Notes: a model not told the origin generated them from the letters alone. A DNA stretch of 64,000 bases from Ereboglobus luteus (GCF_003096195.1 NZ_CP023004.1:37299-101298); one strand, 5' to 3'; shown: positions 28,179 to 39,013, counted from the stretch's first letter. Made by a program: numbers and translations.

Positions 28179-28871
28179 ATGAACCCCACTGATATGACAA
28201 AAACGATTTGTGCATTATTCACGGGCCTGCTCATCGCAAGCGCGTCCGCCCTCGCCCAAACAACCCCACCCACACCCGCCCAAGCTGCCGGGCCAAGTCA
28301 TTCATCCAAACCCGATTCATCGTATGCCATGCCCAAGGCAACCGGTCCCAATTTTTATTTCGAAGTTGGCGGCACCTACATGAAAGCCAAAACAGAGGGC
28401 CAGAAACAGGATTTCTACGGCGGCACCATCGCCATCGGCGGACGCCTTGACAGAATCAGCAAGGTTCAACTCGAAATCGGCCGCCTATCCGGCGATGACA
28501 AACACTCCGAGCCGGGTTACAGCGAAAAAAATGATTTTACTGTGACAACAGCGCTGCTCTCAGCCAGTGCCTGCATCCCCCTTGGGAAGAAAGAACAATG
28601 CGAACTGCGCCTCACACCCCTGGCTGGCCTTTACTCAATGAAATGGAAGGTAAACAGCAGCTATTACGGCTCCGGCAACGACACCGACACAGCATTTTCA
28701 TGGGGCGGCGGAGCGGGAATAACCTACCACATCAACACGCGCTTTTACGTGGATGCCGGATACCGGTATATCCGTGTTGGATCGACCGAATATAAAATGC
28801 TCGGGGTAAAACTCAAACTCGACAGCATGGACACCCATTCCGCAACCGTCTCAGTTGGATGTAAATTCTAA
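28179..28871 (+). CDS. Outer-membrane beta-barrel protein, paralog B of 27207-27926.
   Basis: Same N-terminal KTICALFTxLLxAS..AQxxPPTPAQAAGP and C-terminal ..VSVGCKF; own terminator with the same AAACTCCGG stem. Confidence 0.6.
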   Translation: MNPTDMTKTICALFTGLLIASASALAQTTPPTPAQAAGPSHSSKPDSSYAMPKATGPNFYFEVGGTYMKAKTEGQKQDFYGGTIAIGGRLDRISKVQLEIGRLSGDDKHSEPGYSEKNDFTVTTALLSASACIPLGKKEQCELRLTPLAGLYSMKWKVNSSYYGSGNDTDTAFSWGGGAGITYHINTRFYVDAGYRYIRVGSTEYKMLGVKLKLDSMDTHSATVSVGCKF

Positions 28872-28896
28872 CTCTTTCATAACGAACCCAAAACAT

Positions 28897-28927
28897 AAAC
28901 TCCGGTCTCCCAAACCGGAGTTTTTTT
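28897..28927 (+). terminator. Rho-independent terminator after OMP paralog B (same stem as 27951).
   Basis: AAACTCCGG-TCTCCCAAA-CCGGAGTTT followed by TTTTTTT. Confidence 0.7.
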
Positions 28928-29029
28928 GTCGAAACATCATTTCTTCATTTGCCACCGCGCAAACCCTCGCACACCGTTCCCCCATCTCTTTTTAACCAAA
29001 CCAACACACACATAAAACACCCGCCTCAC

Positions 29030-30124
29030 ATGTCCAAAGCATCGCCCGCCAAAACCGCCGCCGCAACTCCCGCAACCGCTGACGCCATCGACGCCGCCAC
29101 ACGCAAAAACCTCGACCTCGCAGTCTCCTCCATCACCAAACAATTCGGCGAAGGCTCAATCATGCGCCTCGGTGACGCGCGCAAAATGAAAGTCGAAACC
29201 CTCTCGACCGGCTCCATCGCCATCGACCTCGCCCTCGGCGTCGGCGGCCTGCCCCGCGGCCGCATCATCGAAATCTACGGCCCCGAATCCTCCGGCAAAA
29301 CCACCTTCTGCTTAAGCGCCATCGCCGAGGCCCAGAAACGCGGCGGCCTCGCCGCCTTCATCGACGTCGAGCACGCCCTCGACCCGAAATACGCCAAGGT
29401 TGTCGGCGTAAACCTCGACGACCTCCTCGTATCCCAACCCGACTCCGGCGAGGACGCGCTCAACATCATGGAGACGCTCATCCGCTCCAACGCCATCGAC
29501 ATCATCATCCTCGACTCCGTCGCCGCGCTCACCACCCGCGCCGAACTCGACGGCCAGATGGGCGACGCCACCGTCGGCGCGCAAGCCCGCCTCATGAGCC
29601 AGGCCATGCGCCGCCTCACCGCCGTTGTCAGCAAAACCAACTGCGTGTGCATCTTCACAAACCAGATTCGCGAAAAAATCGGCGTCATGTTCGGCAACCC
29701 CGAAACGACCTCGGGCGGCCGCGCGCTGAAGTTCTTCTCGTCCATCCGCATCGACATCCGCCGCAAGGACCAGATCAAGACCCCCGACGGCAAAGTCGTC
29801 GGCAACCGCACCAAGATCAAAGTTGTCAAAAACAAAGTCGCGCCGCCCTTCACCGAATGCGAGTTCGACATCATGTATAACGAGGGCATTTCGCACACCG
29901 CCTCGATTCTCGATCTCGGCATCGAGCACAAAATCGTGGAGAAAAAAGGCGCGTGGATATCCTATCAGGGCGAGCTCATCGGCCAGGGCCGCGACGCCGC
30001 CAAGGCCACGCTCCGCGAACGTCCCGACCTCGCCGAAAAAATCATCACCGCCGTCATGGAAAAAGTGACCGTCAAGGGCGGCACCACGCTCGGCGAAGGC
30101 AATGCCGACAACGACAAGGAATAA
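29030..30124 (+). CDS. recA: Recombinase RecA.
   Basis: [12 protein letters not shown], Walker [11 protein letters not shown]1/L2 loops, 365 aa. Confidence 0.95.
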   Translation: MSKASPAKTAAATPATADAIDAATRKNLDLAVSSITKQFGEGSIMRLGDARKMKVETLSTGSIAIDLALGVGGLPRGRIIEIYGPESSGKTTFCLSAIAEAQKRGGLAAFIDVEHALDPKYAKVVGVNLDDLLVSQPDSGEDALNIMETLIRSNAIDIIILDSVAALTTRAELDGQMGDATVGAQARLMSQAMRRLTAVVSKTNCVCIFTNQIREKIGVMFGNPETTSGGRALKFFSSIRIDIRRKDQIKTPDGKVVGNRTKIKVVKNKVAPPFTECEFDIMYNEGISHTASILDLGIEHKIVEKKGAWISYQGELIGQGRDAAKATLRERPDLAEKIITAVMEKVTVKGGTTLGEGNADNDKE

Positions 30125-30142
30125 GGCCCGAAACCAATCACC

Positions 30143-30176
30143 AAACGCGCCGTCCTCCAACAGCGCGTTTTTTTTC
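30143..30176 (+). terminator. Rho-independent terminator after recA.
   Basis: AACGCGC-loop-GCGCGTT followed by T8. Confidence 0.75.
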
Positions 30177-30205
30177 GCATGACGCGAACCGCGAGGCTCG
30201 CTTTC

Positions 30206-31048
30206 ATGTCAGTGTCAAACATGCAGCCGACTATCCGCATACTCATCATCGCCAGCCTCGCGCTCCTGGCGCCCGTCATCGCGCAAGCCCGGGAATCCGG
30301 AGCCACAGCGAAAAAATCGCGCTCAAAAAAATCATCCAGCGTCAAAGTCGGAACCGCCACCGTCGTTTCAGACGACTCGGGGCCGAAGCTCATTTCCACA
30401 ACCGGAGGCGGCGGGGCGGACAATAAATGGCCCAGCTTTGAAGCCCTGCAAAAAGCCGCCGAAAATCAAAACCCCGACGCGCTCTACGAACTCGGCCAGA
30501 TGTATCTCGACGGCACCCCGGAAACGCCGAAAAACGTCACGCGCGCAATGCTCTATCTCGACGACGCCGCGCAACTCGGGCACACCGCCGCCAACTTCCG
30601 CCTCGGCAAGATTTACGCCGACGGCACGGAAACGCCGCGGGATTACGCCAAGGCCCTCAAATACTACAAAACCGCGGCCCTCGCCGGGGACGCCACCGCG
30701 CAACACAACATCGGCGCAATGCTCTCCAGCGGCCGCGGCGTGAAACGCGACTACACCGAGGGCCTGGCGTGGCTCATCATCGCCGCGAAAAAAAATACCG
30801 AGGCAGTGCAAAGCGAAAAAAAGCTCCGCGAATTTCTGGCCAAGTATCCCAAGACCATCGCCGCCGGCGAAACCCGCGCGGAGGAGCTCACAAGGGAACT
30901 CGCCGCCGCCAAAACCGCCCGCGAGCCAACCGCCGCCCCCGCCCCATCCAAGCCCGCCCCCATGAAAATCGACATCGCGCCCATTACGCCAACCGTTGAT
31001 CCCATGCCAATCACCCCAATGCCCGCGCCCTTCACAAACACCAATTAG
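30206..31048 (+). CDS. Secreted Sel1-repeat (TPR-like) protein.
   Basis: Signal peptide; at least 4 Sel1 repeats (ALYELGQMYLDG.., ANFRLGKIYADG.., AQHNIGAMLSSG..). Confidence 0.7.
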   Translation: MSVSNMQPTIRILIIASLALLAPVIAQARESGATAKKSRSKKSSSVKVGTATVVSDDSGPKLISTTGGGGADNKWPSFEALQKAAENQNPDALYELGQMYLDGTPETPKNVTRAMLYLDDAAQLGHTAANFRLGKIYADGTETPRDYAKALKYYKTAALAGDATAQHNIGAMLSSGRGVKRDYTEGLAWLIIAAKKNTEAVQSEKKLREFLAKYPKTIAAGETRAEELTRELAAAKTAREPTAAPAPSKPAPMKIDIAPITPTVDPMPITPMPAPFTNTN

Positions 31049-31185
31049 GACAGTTTTTAAACAAAACGGTATTCAATATCCGTGTGGGGCGCGCTCGCCG
31101 AGCGCGCCGGGAATGCGAGGCGCACACACGACCGTTTCGAGCGTTAGCGACAGTCTGCCAAACGCCCTACCAAAAACAGGAATGC

Positions 31186-31235
31186 TCAAAAAAATGCCCA
31201 ACCAGAATACCCGCAGGGATTGCATTCTGGTTGGG
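31186..31235 (-). terminator. Rho-independent terminator after the yqiJ-flotillin operon (minus strand).
   Basis: 12-bp stem CCCAACCAGAAT/ATTCTGGTTGGG, then (minus strand) CATTTTTTTGAG. Confidence 0.6.
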
Positions 31236-31249
31236 ATACTTGGCGATTA

Positions 31250-32752
31250 TCAGGCTTTGTTTTTCGGCGGTGTCGCTGTTGTCGGCGCGACGGGGGCGGA
31301 GGCTGCTTGTTGCGGCGCTGTTTTTCCAGCTTCCGTGCCGAGGAATCCCGGCAGGACGACACCGGCGGCCTTGGCCACTTCATGAAGCGGGAGCACGTTT
31401 TTGTAAAGGTCCTGGACAAAACCGCCAGCGCTCGCGCCGTCCTTGCCGCCGCCCATGACGACAACTTTGTCGAACTTGAGCTTTTGGATCGCGTCGGATT
31501 GCACGCGGGCGACTTCGACGACTTGCTGCGCGAGGATGAGGTTGATCGCGGCGGTGGCGTCGCGACCGCCTTGGGTGAATTTCGCAAGGCCGTCGGCTTG
31601 CGCGTCGAGGAGTGCCTGGCGGCCTTTCGCCTCGGCCTCGAGAATGGCTTGTTTGCCTTTCGCCTCGGCGGTGAGTTTTAGCTCAATCGCGGCGGCATCG
31701 GCTTCAGCGCGAGTTTTCACGGATGCGGCGTCACCCTCGGCCGCTATGCGCACGGCGGCGGCCTGGCCCTCGGCGGTCACTTTGGCGCGGATGGCGGTGG
31801 CCTCGGCGTCGACGCGAACTTTTTCCTTGGCGGCGTTGGCTTGGGCGACTTGGTCGGCCACGGCGCTGGCTTCGTCGCGCATGGCGCGGGCGTCCTCGGT
31901 GGCTTTTTGCGCCTCATAGGCGGCTTGCTCGGCTTTCGCCTTGGCGGTTTTTTGCGCAACCTCGGCGCGACGGTCGGCCTCGGCTTTCTTCTCGGCGAGT
32001 TCGGCTTGCGAGGCGACGATGTCCTGCTCGGCCTTGTTGCGTCCGATCGCGGCTGAGGCCTCGGCTTCGGCAACACGGATGGCTTGCAGTTTTTCGGCCT
32101 CGGCCTTGCCGATGGCGCCGCGCTGGTTTTCCTGCGCGACTTTGATTTGCGCATCGTTGATCGCCTTGGCGGCGGCTTCCTTGCCGAGCGCGTCGATGTA
32201 GCCGGATTCGTCCGTGATGTCGGTGATGTTACAGTTGATGAGGTGGAGGCCGATTTTGCGGAGTTCCACTTCGACGCCCTTGGTGATGAGCGAGATGAGT
32301 TTTTCGCGGTCGGCGTTGATTTCCTCAATGGTCATCGAGGCGATCACAACGCGCATCTGGCCGGTGATGATTTCGCGGGCGAGCTCGGCGATTTCAGGCG
32401 GTGCCTTGCCGAGGAGGCGCGTGGCGGCGTTGCCCATGACAGCGGGGTCGTTCGAGATGGCGACGGCGAAGTTTGCGGGGGCGTTGACGCGGATGTTCTG
32501 GCTGGAAAGGGCGCTGCGCAGCGGAATCTCGATCGTGATCGGTGTGAGGTTCAGGTAGGCGTAGCTTTGGAAAATCGGCATGACAAAGGTCGAGCCGCCG
32601 TTGTAGCAGCGCGCCGCGCCGGCGCCGACCTTGCCGTAAACGACGAGGATGCGGTCGGGTGGGCACATGCGGTAACGGCGCGCCACGCCGATGCCGATCA
32701 TGACGATGAAGATTACGAAAACTGCGAGTAGCGGAACGGTGATGTCGCTCAT
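31250..32752 (-). CDS. Flotillin/SPFH (band 7) family protein, YqiK-like, with a long Ala/Glu/Lys coiled-coil.
   Basis: N-terminal TM, SPFH domain, extended AEAE..KAKAEQAAYEAQKA repeats. Confidence 0.8.
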   Translation of the reverse strand: MSDITVPLLAVFVIFIVMIGIGVARRYRMCPPDRILVVYGKVGAGAARCYNGGSTFVMPIFQSYAYLNLTPITIEIPLRSALSSQNIRVNAPANFAVAISNDPAVMGNAATRLLGKAPPEIAELAREIITGQMRVVIASMTIEEINADREKLISLITKGVEVELRKIGLHLINCNITDITDESGYIDALGKEAAAKAINDAQIKVAQENQRGAIGKAEAEKLQAIRVAEAEASAAIGRNKAEQDIVASQAELAEKKAEADRRAEVAQKTAKAKAEQAAYEAQKATEDARAMRDEASAVADQVAQANAAKEKVRVDAEATAIRAKVTAEGQAAAVRIAAEGDAASVKTRAEADAAAIELKLTAEAKGKQAILEAEAKGRQALLDAQADGLAKFTQGGRDATAAINLILAQQVVEVARVQSDAIQKLKFDKVVVMGGGKDGASAGGFVQDLYKNVLPLHEVAKAAGVVLPGFLGTEAGKTAPQQAASAPVAPTTATPPKNKA

Positions 32753-32810
32753 AAGTATTTAAGTTTGGGTTTGAAGTTTATGGTTTGGAATTTGCGGGCG
32801 TTTCGAAAAT

Positions 32811-33395
32811 TCAGATCGGCTCGACGAGCGCCGTGTGCGAATCAATGAGCGCGGTGACTTTAACCTTGGCGTCCGAGGGAATCGGCGCGGCGCCTTTTTG
32901 CAGTGCTCCGAGCGTGATCGTGCGTCCGTCGAGCGGCACGATGATCTGTCCGCCGCTCTGGCTTTCGGGAGGGATTGTCACGTAAACGGTGGCGATTTTT
33001 CCGATGGCGTCCTCTTTTTTGAGCGTGCCGTCAACCTTGAGACGCTGGGTCGCGCGCAGTATCCAAACGATGCCGAGCATCACCGCGCCACCTGCCGCAA
33101 GCGCGATCACGCTCGCCACCAAAACGCTCAGTCCGCTGCTCAGCGAGGCGCCGCCCGCCCAGCCGAATGCGAACAAGAAGCCGATGATCGGCTTCACCGA
33201 AAAAAGGCTGCCGCCGCCGTCGGCCACGTCGGCGTCGAGCTCGGCGTCGTCGCCGATGCCAAACATCGAGACGACCGCCATGACGATGACGAGGAACGCG
33301 GCAAAAATCGCGATACCGTAGAAAATCTGTTTGGCGAGCGACAGCGCGCCCCACCAATCAGTGAGGAAGCTGGCGAGTATTGTCGGGTATGCCAT
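32811..33395 (-). CDS. NfeD/YqiJ-like membrane protein (flotillin partner, OB-fold C-terminus).
   Basis: TM segments plus C-terminal GKIATVYVTIPPESQSGGQIIV OB-like beta region; immediately upstream of the flotillin on the same strand. Confidence 0.65.
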   Translation of the reverse strand: MAYPTILASFLTDWWGALSLAKQIFYGIAIFAAFLVIVMAVVSMFGIGDDAELDADVADGGGSLFSVKPIIGFLFAFGWAGGASLSSGLSVLVASVIALAAGGAVMLGIVWILRATQRLKVDGTLKKEDAIGKIATVYVTIPPESQSGGQIIVPLDGRTITLGALQKGAAPIPSDAKVKVTALIDSHTALVEPI

Positions 33396-33927
33396 GGCGT
33401 GAAGGAGGATGTTTTGGGTTGCTGGCCGCGCGCAACACAAACGCTGTGCGGGCTTCGCAGATGTGAAGTCCTCCCCGATGTGTCTGCAAGCCAGATATGC
33501 GCGCCTTGGAAAAATCCCCCGGTTTTCCATGAATGTTATTAATTGGCCGCCTGATTCGTAAAACTTCCGCTCGTGATTGCTCAAAAATAAGCAAAAACCC
33601 TTGACCGGTTTGCGATTCAAGGCGTCATCTTTTCGCTTTTAACGGCCTGTGAAGATCAACGACCAGACAATACGGGATCATCCGCTGGACGTCACTCAAA
33701 GTGACGGCGGGCAAGGCTGCGAAAACACAGGCGCCGCGCGCGCGATGTCCTGTCCTGCGCATGGAGCCGGACGTCGATGAGCGGGCGACATCCAGCCATA
33801 ATGCGCCTCCATCCCCAATCCCGGAATGTCCGGGAAAATCCCCCCGCCACCGTCGCAAACGAACGCATCCGCGCGCCGCGCACGGGCGCGACCCATTTCC
33901 CAACACCAGTTTCAACCCGCCTTCATC

Positions 33928-35838
33928 ATGTCCGATAAACTCACGCACGAGTGCGGCATCGCGCTCATCCGACTCAAAAAACCGCTCTCGTATTACCAAA
34001 ACAAATACGGCACGCCGCTCTGGGGCTTCACAAAACTGTTTCTCCTCATGGAAAAGCAGCACAACCGCGGCCAGGACGGCGCGGGCGTCGCCGCCGTGAA
34101 GCTCGACATGCCCCCGGGCGAGCAATACATGTTCCGCGACCGCTGCGTGGAGGCCAACCCCCTCGACCGCGTCTTCAAGCGCATTTGGAGCGACTACAAC
34201 CAGAAGGTCGCCGAAGGCACCATCCACCCCGAGTTCGCCGACACCGTCAAAAAGAACTTCGACTTCGGCGCCGAGCTCTACATGGGCCACCTGCGCTACG
34301 GCACCAGCGGCGGCTACAGCCTCAGCTCCTGCCACCCCTTCTACCGCCGCAGCCCATGGCAAACCCGCAACCTCGCCCTCTGCGGAAACTTCAACATGAC
34401 CAACACCGCGGAGCTGAACCAAAGCCTCATCACCATGGGCCAGCATCCGATCTTCGCCACCGACACCCAGGCCATCCTTGAGCGCATCGGCTTCTTCCTC
34501 GACGAGGAACACGAGGACATCTACCGCTACCTGCGCACCCGCGGCCTCTCCGGCGAGGAAATGTCCCGCCGAATCAGCGAGGATCTCGACCTCACCCGCG
34601 TCATCACCAAGGCCGCCCAGCAATGGGACGGCGCCTACTCCCTCTGCGGACTCATCGGCAACGGCGACGCCTTTGTCACGCGCGACCCATCCGGCATCCG
34701 CCCCTGCTTCTGGTATCAGGACGACGAAGTCGTCGCCTTCGCCTCCGAACGCGCCCCGCTCATGACCGTGTTCGACGCCGCCATCGAGCAAGTCCAGGAA
34801 GTCACCCCCGGCCACGTCATCGTCATCAAGCGCCGCGGCACCATCACCGACACGCAAGTCACCACGCCCCTCCCCCGCGCCGCGTGCTCCTTCGAGCGCA
34901 TCTATTTCTCGCGCGGCAACGACCAGGACATCTACTCCGAGCGCAAGGCCCTCGGCGGCCAGCTCGCCGACCAAGTCCTCGACGCCACCAACCACGAATG
35001 GGGCAACACCATCATCAGCTTCATCCCCAACACCTCCGAAATCGCCTACTTCGGCCTCCTCCACTCCCTGCGCGAGCGCCGCCGCGACGAAGTCAAAAAA
35101 ATCCTCCTCGAGGCGCAGAATGAAAACCGCCTCACCGAAAACCTCCTCGACGAAGTGATCCTGCGCAACTGGCCGCGCGGCGAAAAAATCGTCAGCAAGG
35201 ACATCAAGCTGCGCACCTTCATCGGGCAGGAATCCACCCGCAACCAGCTCGCCAGCCACGTTTACGACATCACCTACGGCACCATCCGCCCCGGCATCGA
35301 CAACCTCGTGTGCGTTGACGACTCCATCGTGCGCGGCACCACGCTCCGCAAATCGATCCTGCGCATGCTCGCCCGCCTCCAGCCCAAGCGCATCGTGATC
35401 GCCTCCACCGCGCCGCAAATCCGCTACCCCGACTGCTACGGCATCGACATGTCCGAGCTCGGCAAACTCATCGCCTTCGAAGCCGCCATCTCGCTCATCA
35501 AGGAACGCGGCCAGACTCCGCTCCTGCAGGAAGTCTACCAACTCTGCCGCGACGAAGTCGCCCGCAACGGCACGGTCAATCACGTCGCAAAAATCTACGA
35601 CGGCTTCACGCCGGAGGAAATCTCCGCGCGCATCGCCGAACTCGTCCGCCCCCGCAAACTCGACTGGAAGGGCGAGCTCAGCGTGATCTTCCAGACGATC
35701 GAAAACCTGCACAAGGCGGTTCCCAACCACACCGGCGACTGGTATTTCTCGGGCAACTACCCCACCCCCGGCGGCTACCGCATCGTCAACCAAGCCTACG
35801 TGAACTACTACGAAAAATCCGAGGGCAGAAGCTATTAA
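33928..35838 (+). CDS. purF: Amidophosphoribosyltransferase (class II glutamine amidotransferase, long Bacteroidetes-type).
   Basis: N-terminal nucleophile ..THECGIALIRL, Ntn hydrolase domain, PRTase region; 636 aa. Confidence 0.8.
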   Translation: MSDKLTHECGIALIRLKKPLSYYQNKYGTPLWGFTKLFLLMEKQHNRGQDGAGVAAVKLDMPPGEQYMFRDRCVEANPLDRVFKRIWSDYNQKVAEGTIHPEFADTVKKNFDFGAELYMGHLRYGTSGGYSLSSCHPFYRRSPWQTRNLALCGNFNMTNTAELNQSLITMGQHPIFATDTQAILERIGFFLDEEHEDIYRYLRTRGLSGEEMSRRISEDLDLTRVITKAAQQWDGAYSLCGLIGNGDAFVTRDPSGIRPCFWYQDDEVVAFASERAPLMTVFDAAIEQVQEVTPGHVIVIKRRGTITDTQVTTPLPRAACSFERIYFSRGNDQDIYSERKALGGQLADQVLDATNHEWGNTIISFIPNTSEIAYFGLLHSLRERRRDEVKKILLEAQNENRLTENLLDEVILRNWPRGEKIVSKDIKLRTFIGQESTRNQLASHVYDITYGTIRPGIDNLVCVDDSIVRGTTLRKSILRMLARLQPKRIVIASTAPQIRYPDCYGIDMSELGKLIAFEAAISLIKERGQTPLLQEVYQLCRDEVARNGTVNHVAKIYDGFTPEEISARIAELVRPRKLDWKGELSVIFQTIENLHKAVPNHTGDWYFSGNYPTPGGYRIVNQAYVNYYEKSEGRSY

Positions 35839-36016
35839 AAAGTGGAAAGTAAAAAGTAGGAATTAGAAAGTGGCCTCGACAAACCAGAAGGCAACTGACG
35901 GCTTGCGAATCGACCGCCTCCAAACCCGCATTCTAAAAATCTCCTGCTTGCAGACGCCGCCCGGTGCCTGATTCTTTACTTTTTAATTTCTAATTTCTAC
36001 TTCTTACTTTTCCACC
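35837..36016. repeat. Palindromic element (AGTGGAA/AGTAAAA/AGTAGGA heptad arms) filling the purF to purM-like intergenic region; the right arm ends at the ATG.
   Basis: TTAAAAAGTGGAAAGTAAAAAGTAGGAATTAGAAAGTGG ... CTTTACTTTTTAATTTCTAATTTCTACTTCTTACTTTTCCACC|ATG. Confidence 0.65.
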
Positions 36017-37123
36017 ATGTCTCTCAGCTACGAATCCTCCGGTGTAAACTACGACCAGCTCGACGCCTTCAAGCGCGCCTGCCAGAAAGCCGCGCGCGCC
36101 ACCGCCGGGCTCCTCGCGCCGCACGGCTACGCCGAACCCGCCGCCACACGCGGCGAGAGCGCCTACCTCATCGAGGCGTCCGACCATTACCTCGCTCACG
36201 TTGAGGAAGGCCTCGGCACCAAAAACCTCGTCGCCGACGCCTACCAAGCCGCCACCGGCAAGACCTTCTACCGCGAAATCGCCATCGACACCGTCGCCAC
36301 CATCGTCAACGACCTCATCACCTGCGGCGCGCTCCCGATTTCCGTCGCCATGCACGCCGCCGTCGGCGACTCCGCATGGTTCACCGACGAAGCCCGCATG
36401 AACGCCCTCGTTGATGGCTGGGCCGAGGGTTGCCGCCAGTCCGGCGCCGTCTGGGGCGGCGGCGAAACGCCCACACTCCGCGGCATCGTCAACAGCGAGA
36501 CCATCGTCCTCGCCGGCTCCGCCATTGGAAAAATCTCCCCGAAAAACCTCCGCATCACCGGCGACGTTCACGACGGCGACTCGATCATCTTTCTCGCCTC
36601 CTCCGGCGTGCAAACCAACGGACTCACGCTCTGCCGGAAAATCGCCGACTCGCTCCCGCAAGGTTACCTCACACCCATCGGCCACGGCGACCCGCGCAAC
36701 TACGGCGAGGCGCTCCTCGCCCCGTCGGTGATCTACGTCACGTTCGTCCGCGAATGCCAGCGCCGCAACATCAAGCTCAACTACGTCGCGCATGTCACCG
36801 GACACGGCTGGCGCAAACTCATGCGCCTCGACGAACCCTTCGTTTACGAAATCACCGACCCGCGCCCGGCCCCCGCGCTCTTCAAGTTTCTTCAGGAAGC
36901 CGGCCCCATTTCCCAGCGCGAAATGTATGCCACCTTTAACCAAGGCATCGGTTTCGCCGCCTACGTCTCGCCCGAAAACGCCGAGGCCACCCTCGCCGCC
37001 GCCAAAGCCACCGGCTACGATGCCTGGCTCGCCGGCCGTGTCCGCAAGGACGGCCAGCGCAAAGCCGTCACCATCCCCTCGCTCGGCCTCGAATACGACG
37101 GCGAAACACTCGCGCTGCGCTGA
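36017..37123 (+). CDS. AIR synthase-related protein (PurM-like superfamily).
   Basis: PurM N and C domain-like regions (GLGTKNLVADA, DGDSIIFLASSGVQTNG). Confidence 0.7.
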   Translation: MSLSYESSGVNYDQLDAFKRACQKAARATAGLLAPHGYAEPAATRGESAYLIEASDHYLAHVEEGLGTKNLVADAYQAATGKTFYREIAIDTVATIVNDLITCGALPISVAMHAAVGDSAWFTDEARMNALVDGWAEGCRQSGAVWGGGETPTLRGIVNSETIVLAGSAIGKISPKNLRITGDVHDGDSIIFLASSGVQTNGLTLCRKIADSLPQGYLTPIGHGDPRNYGEALLAPSVIYVTFVRECQRRNIKLNYVAHVTGHGWRKLMRLDEPFVYEITDPRPAPALFKFLQEAGPISQREMYATFNQGIGFAAYVSPENAEATLAAAKATGYDAWLAGRVRKDGQRKAVTIPSLGLEYDGETLALR

Positions 37124-37147
37124 GTGCGCGCTGTCGCCACCCGCGCA

Positions 37148-37783
37148 ATGCACGATCAGTCGCATCAGCCAGATCTGGCCGTTTCATCCGATTCGCCACC
37201 CGCGCGACCGCGCCTCATCCTCGCCTCCGCGTCGCCGCGCCGCCGGCAACTCCTCGCCGAGCTCGGCATCCCCTTCGATGTGATCGTCGCCGATGTCACC
37301 GAGCACGAAGATCCCGCCACGCATCCGCGCACGATGGTCGCGCACAACGCCGCGCTCAAGGCCGACCATGTCGCCGCGCTCCATCCCGACGCGTTCGTGC
37401 TCGGGGCCGACACCACCGTTTTCATTGACGACACCGTGCTCAATAAACCCGCCGATCTCGACGAGGCGCGCGCCATGCTCAAACGCCTTGCCGGGCGCAC
37501 CCACACCGTTTTCACCGGCGTCGCACTCAGAAATATTTCCCGACAAATCCGCATCGACGACGGCGTCACCAGCCAAGTCACCTTCAAGCCCCTCGACGAT
37601 GCCGTGATCGACGCCTATTTCCGCATCGTCAACCCGCTCGACAAAGCCGGCGCCTACGGAATCCAGGAAGGCCGCGACCTCATTATCGACCACTGGGACG
37701 GCTCCTTCACAAACATCATGGGGCTGCCCATGGAAGCCACGAAACAAATTTTGACCCACTGCGGTCTCATCGGCACATTTTGA
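37148..37783 (+). CDS. maf: Maf-like nucleoside triphosphate pyrophosphatase (alternative GTG start at 37124).
   Basis: LILASASPRRRQLLAELGIPF..GADTTV motifs. Confidence 0.8.
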   Translation: MHDQSHQPDLAVSSDSPPARPRLILASASPRRRQLLAELGIPFDVIVADVTEHEDPATHPRTMVAHNAALKADHVAALHPDAFVLGADTTVFIDDTVLNKPADLDEARAMLKRLAGRTHTVFTGVALRNISRQIRIDDGVTSQVTFKPLDDAVIDAYFRIVNPLDKAGAYGIQEGRDLIIDHWDGSFTNIMGLPMEATKQILTHCGLIGTF

Positions 37784-37798
37784 ACATTCCAGCGTCTG

Positions 37799-39013
37799 TT
37801 GTTGTATAACAACAAACAATCACACATGCCGCCGCCGCTCAAAGAACGTCCCTCCAGCCTGCTCGAAGCAGCGCCGCCGTCGCGCCGCAAATCGCGCTAC
37901 GCGCTGCTCGAAACCGGGGACCCTGCGGATCGCCGCCGCACCATCGGCCTCGGCATTGTGCTCACCATCGGAGTCTGGCTCCTCTGCCTTTTCCTGTTCA
38001 ACCTGCTCATCACCCACCTCGACCGCCAGCACACCAGCAACACCGGCGACATCGCCACCCCGAAACCCACTTTCGACATCGAGCTCCAGCCCGAGGAGTT
38101 TCTCCTCCCCAAGCCGCCTCCCCCGCCCCCGCAAAACTTCGTCGAAACCAATCCCGACGCCCCCGAAAACATTCCCGACAAAACCGACAACTTCGGCGCG
38201 CACAACCAGCAGGCCGCGCAGGAAACGCCCACCCCCGGAGGCAAAAGCGACCGCCCCGCAATCGAGGGTCAGGACGAAATCGACTCCACTCAAATTGTTG
38301 ATGGCGATCTCCGCCAGCAACCCATCATCATCCCCCCGCCCCCGCCGCCCACGCCCGAACTCAAGGAGTCGAGCAGCGTCACCGAAGTCACTCCCGCCCA
38401 GCGCGAGCAAAACCCGCTCTCCGGCGAGCAGAAAATTCAGGGCGACAGCGAAACCGGCTACGGAATGAATGAATACAAACTTCCCGAAGTGCTGAAAGAC
38501 ATCACACCCGACGCCACCGAGCGCACCGAAGGCCTCCCCGACGCCCCGCTCATCACCGGTGTCCCCCAAACCACACAACCCCAAATCGACCCCAAGCGCC
38601 CGCAACCCCGCATCACGCTCAACCGGCAAAAAGTTCGTCCCGCAATTTTTAAGGAAAACAAATTCGGCACCCAAAACATCGGCGCCATGGCCTACGACGC
38701 CAAATGGAGCAACTACGGCCAGTATCTCCAAAAGTTGATCGACACCGTCCAAATCCAATTTGAGGACCTCAATGAAAAAAGCCGCTTCTGGCCGCCCACC
38801 GGCACGAAGGTCACCGTCCGCTTCATTCTCGATTCCGAAGGCAAGATCGCTGAAATCGTCGAGGCCGACGGCAACGGTGGCAGTCAGGCCACAAACATCT
38901 GCATGAGCGCGATCACCGACCGCGCGCCCTACGGCAAATGGACCGACGACATGATCGCCATCCTCGGCGAGAAACAGGAAATGACCTTCACCTTCTACTA
39001 CGGCAGGCCGTGA
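37799..39013 (+). CDS. TonB-like protein: N-terminal TM anchor, proline-rich spacer, C-terminal TonB-type domain.
   Basis: TM IGLGIVLTIGVWLLCLFLF; PPPPPP tracts; C-terminal GTKVTVRFILDSEGKIAEIVE. Confidence 0.6.
   Translation: MLYNNKQSHMPPPLKERPSSLLEAAPPSRRKSRYALLETGDPADRRRTIGLGIVLTIGVWLLCLFLFNLLITHLDRQHTSNTGDIATPKPTFDIELQPEEFLLPKPPPPPPQNFVETNPDAPENIPDKTDNFGAHNQQAAQETPTPGGKSDRPAIEGQDEIDSTQIVDGDLRQQPIIIPPPPPPTPELKESSSVTEVTPAQREQNPLSGEQKIQGDSETGYGMNEYKLPEVLKDITPDATERTEGLPDAPLITGVPQTTQPQIDPKRPQPRITLNRQKVRPAIFKENKFGTQNIGAMAYDAKWSNYGQYLQKLIDTVQIQFEDLNEKSRFWPPTGTKVTVRFILDSEGKIAEIVEADGNGGSQATNICMSAITDRAPYGKWTDDMIAILGEKQEMTFTFYYGRP

Noticed and set aside
33400-33927. Purine or ZTP riboswitch in the 530-bp region upstream of purF.
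   Set aside because: I could not recognise the conserved cores of either riboswitch class; only generic short hairpins are present.
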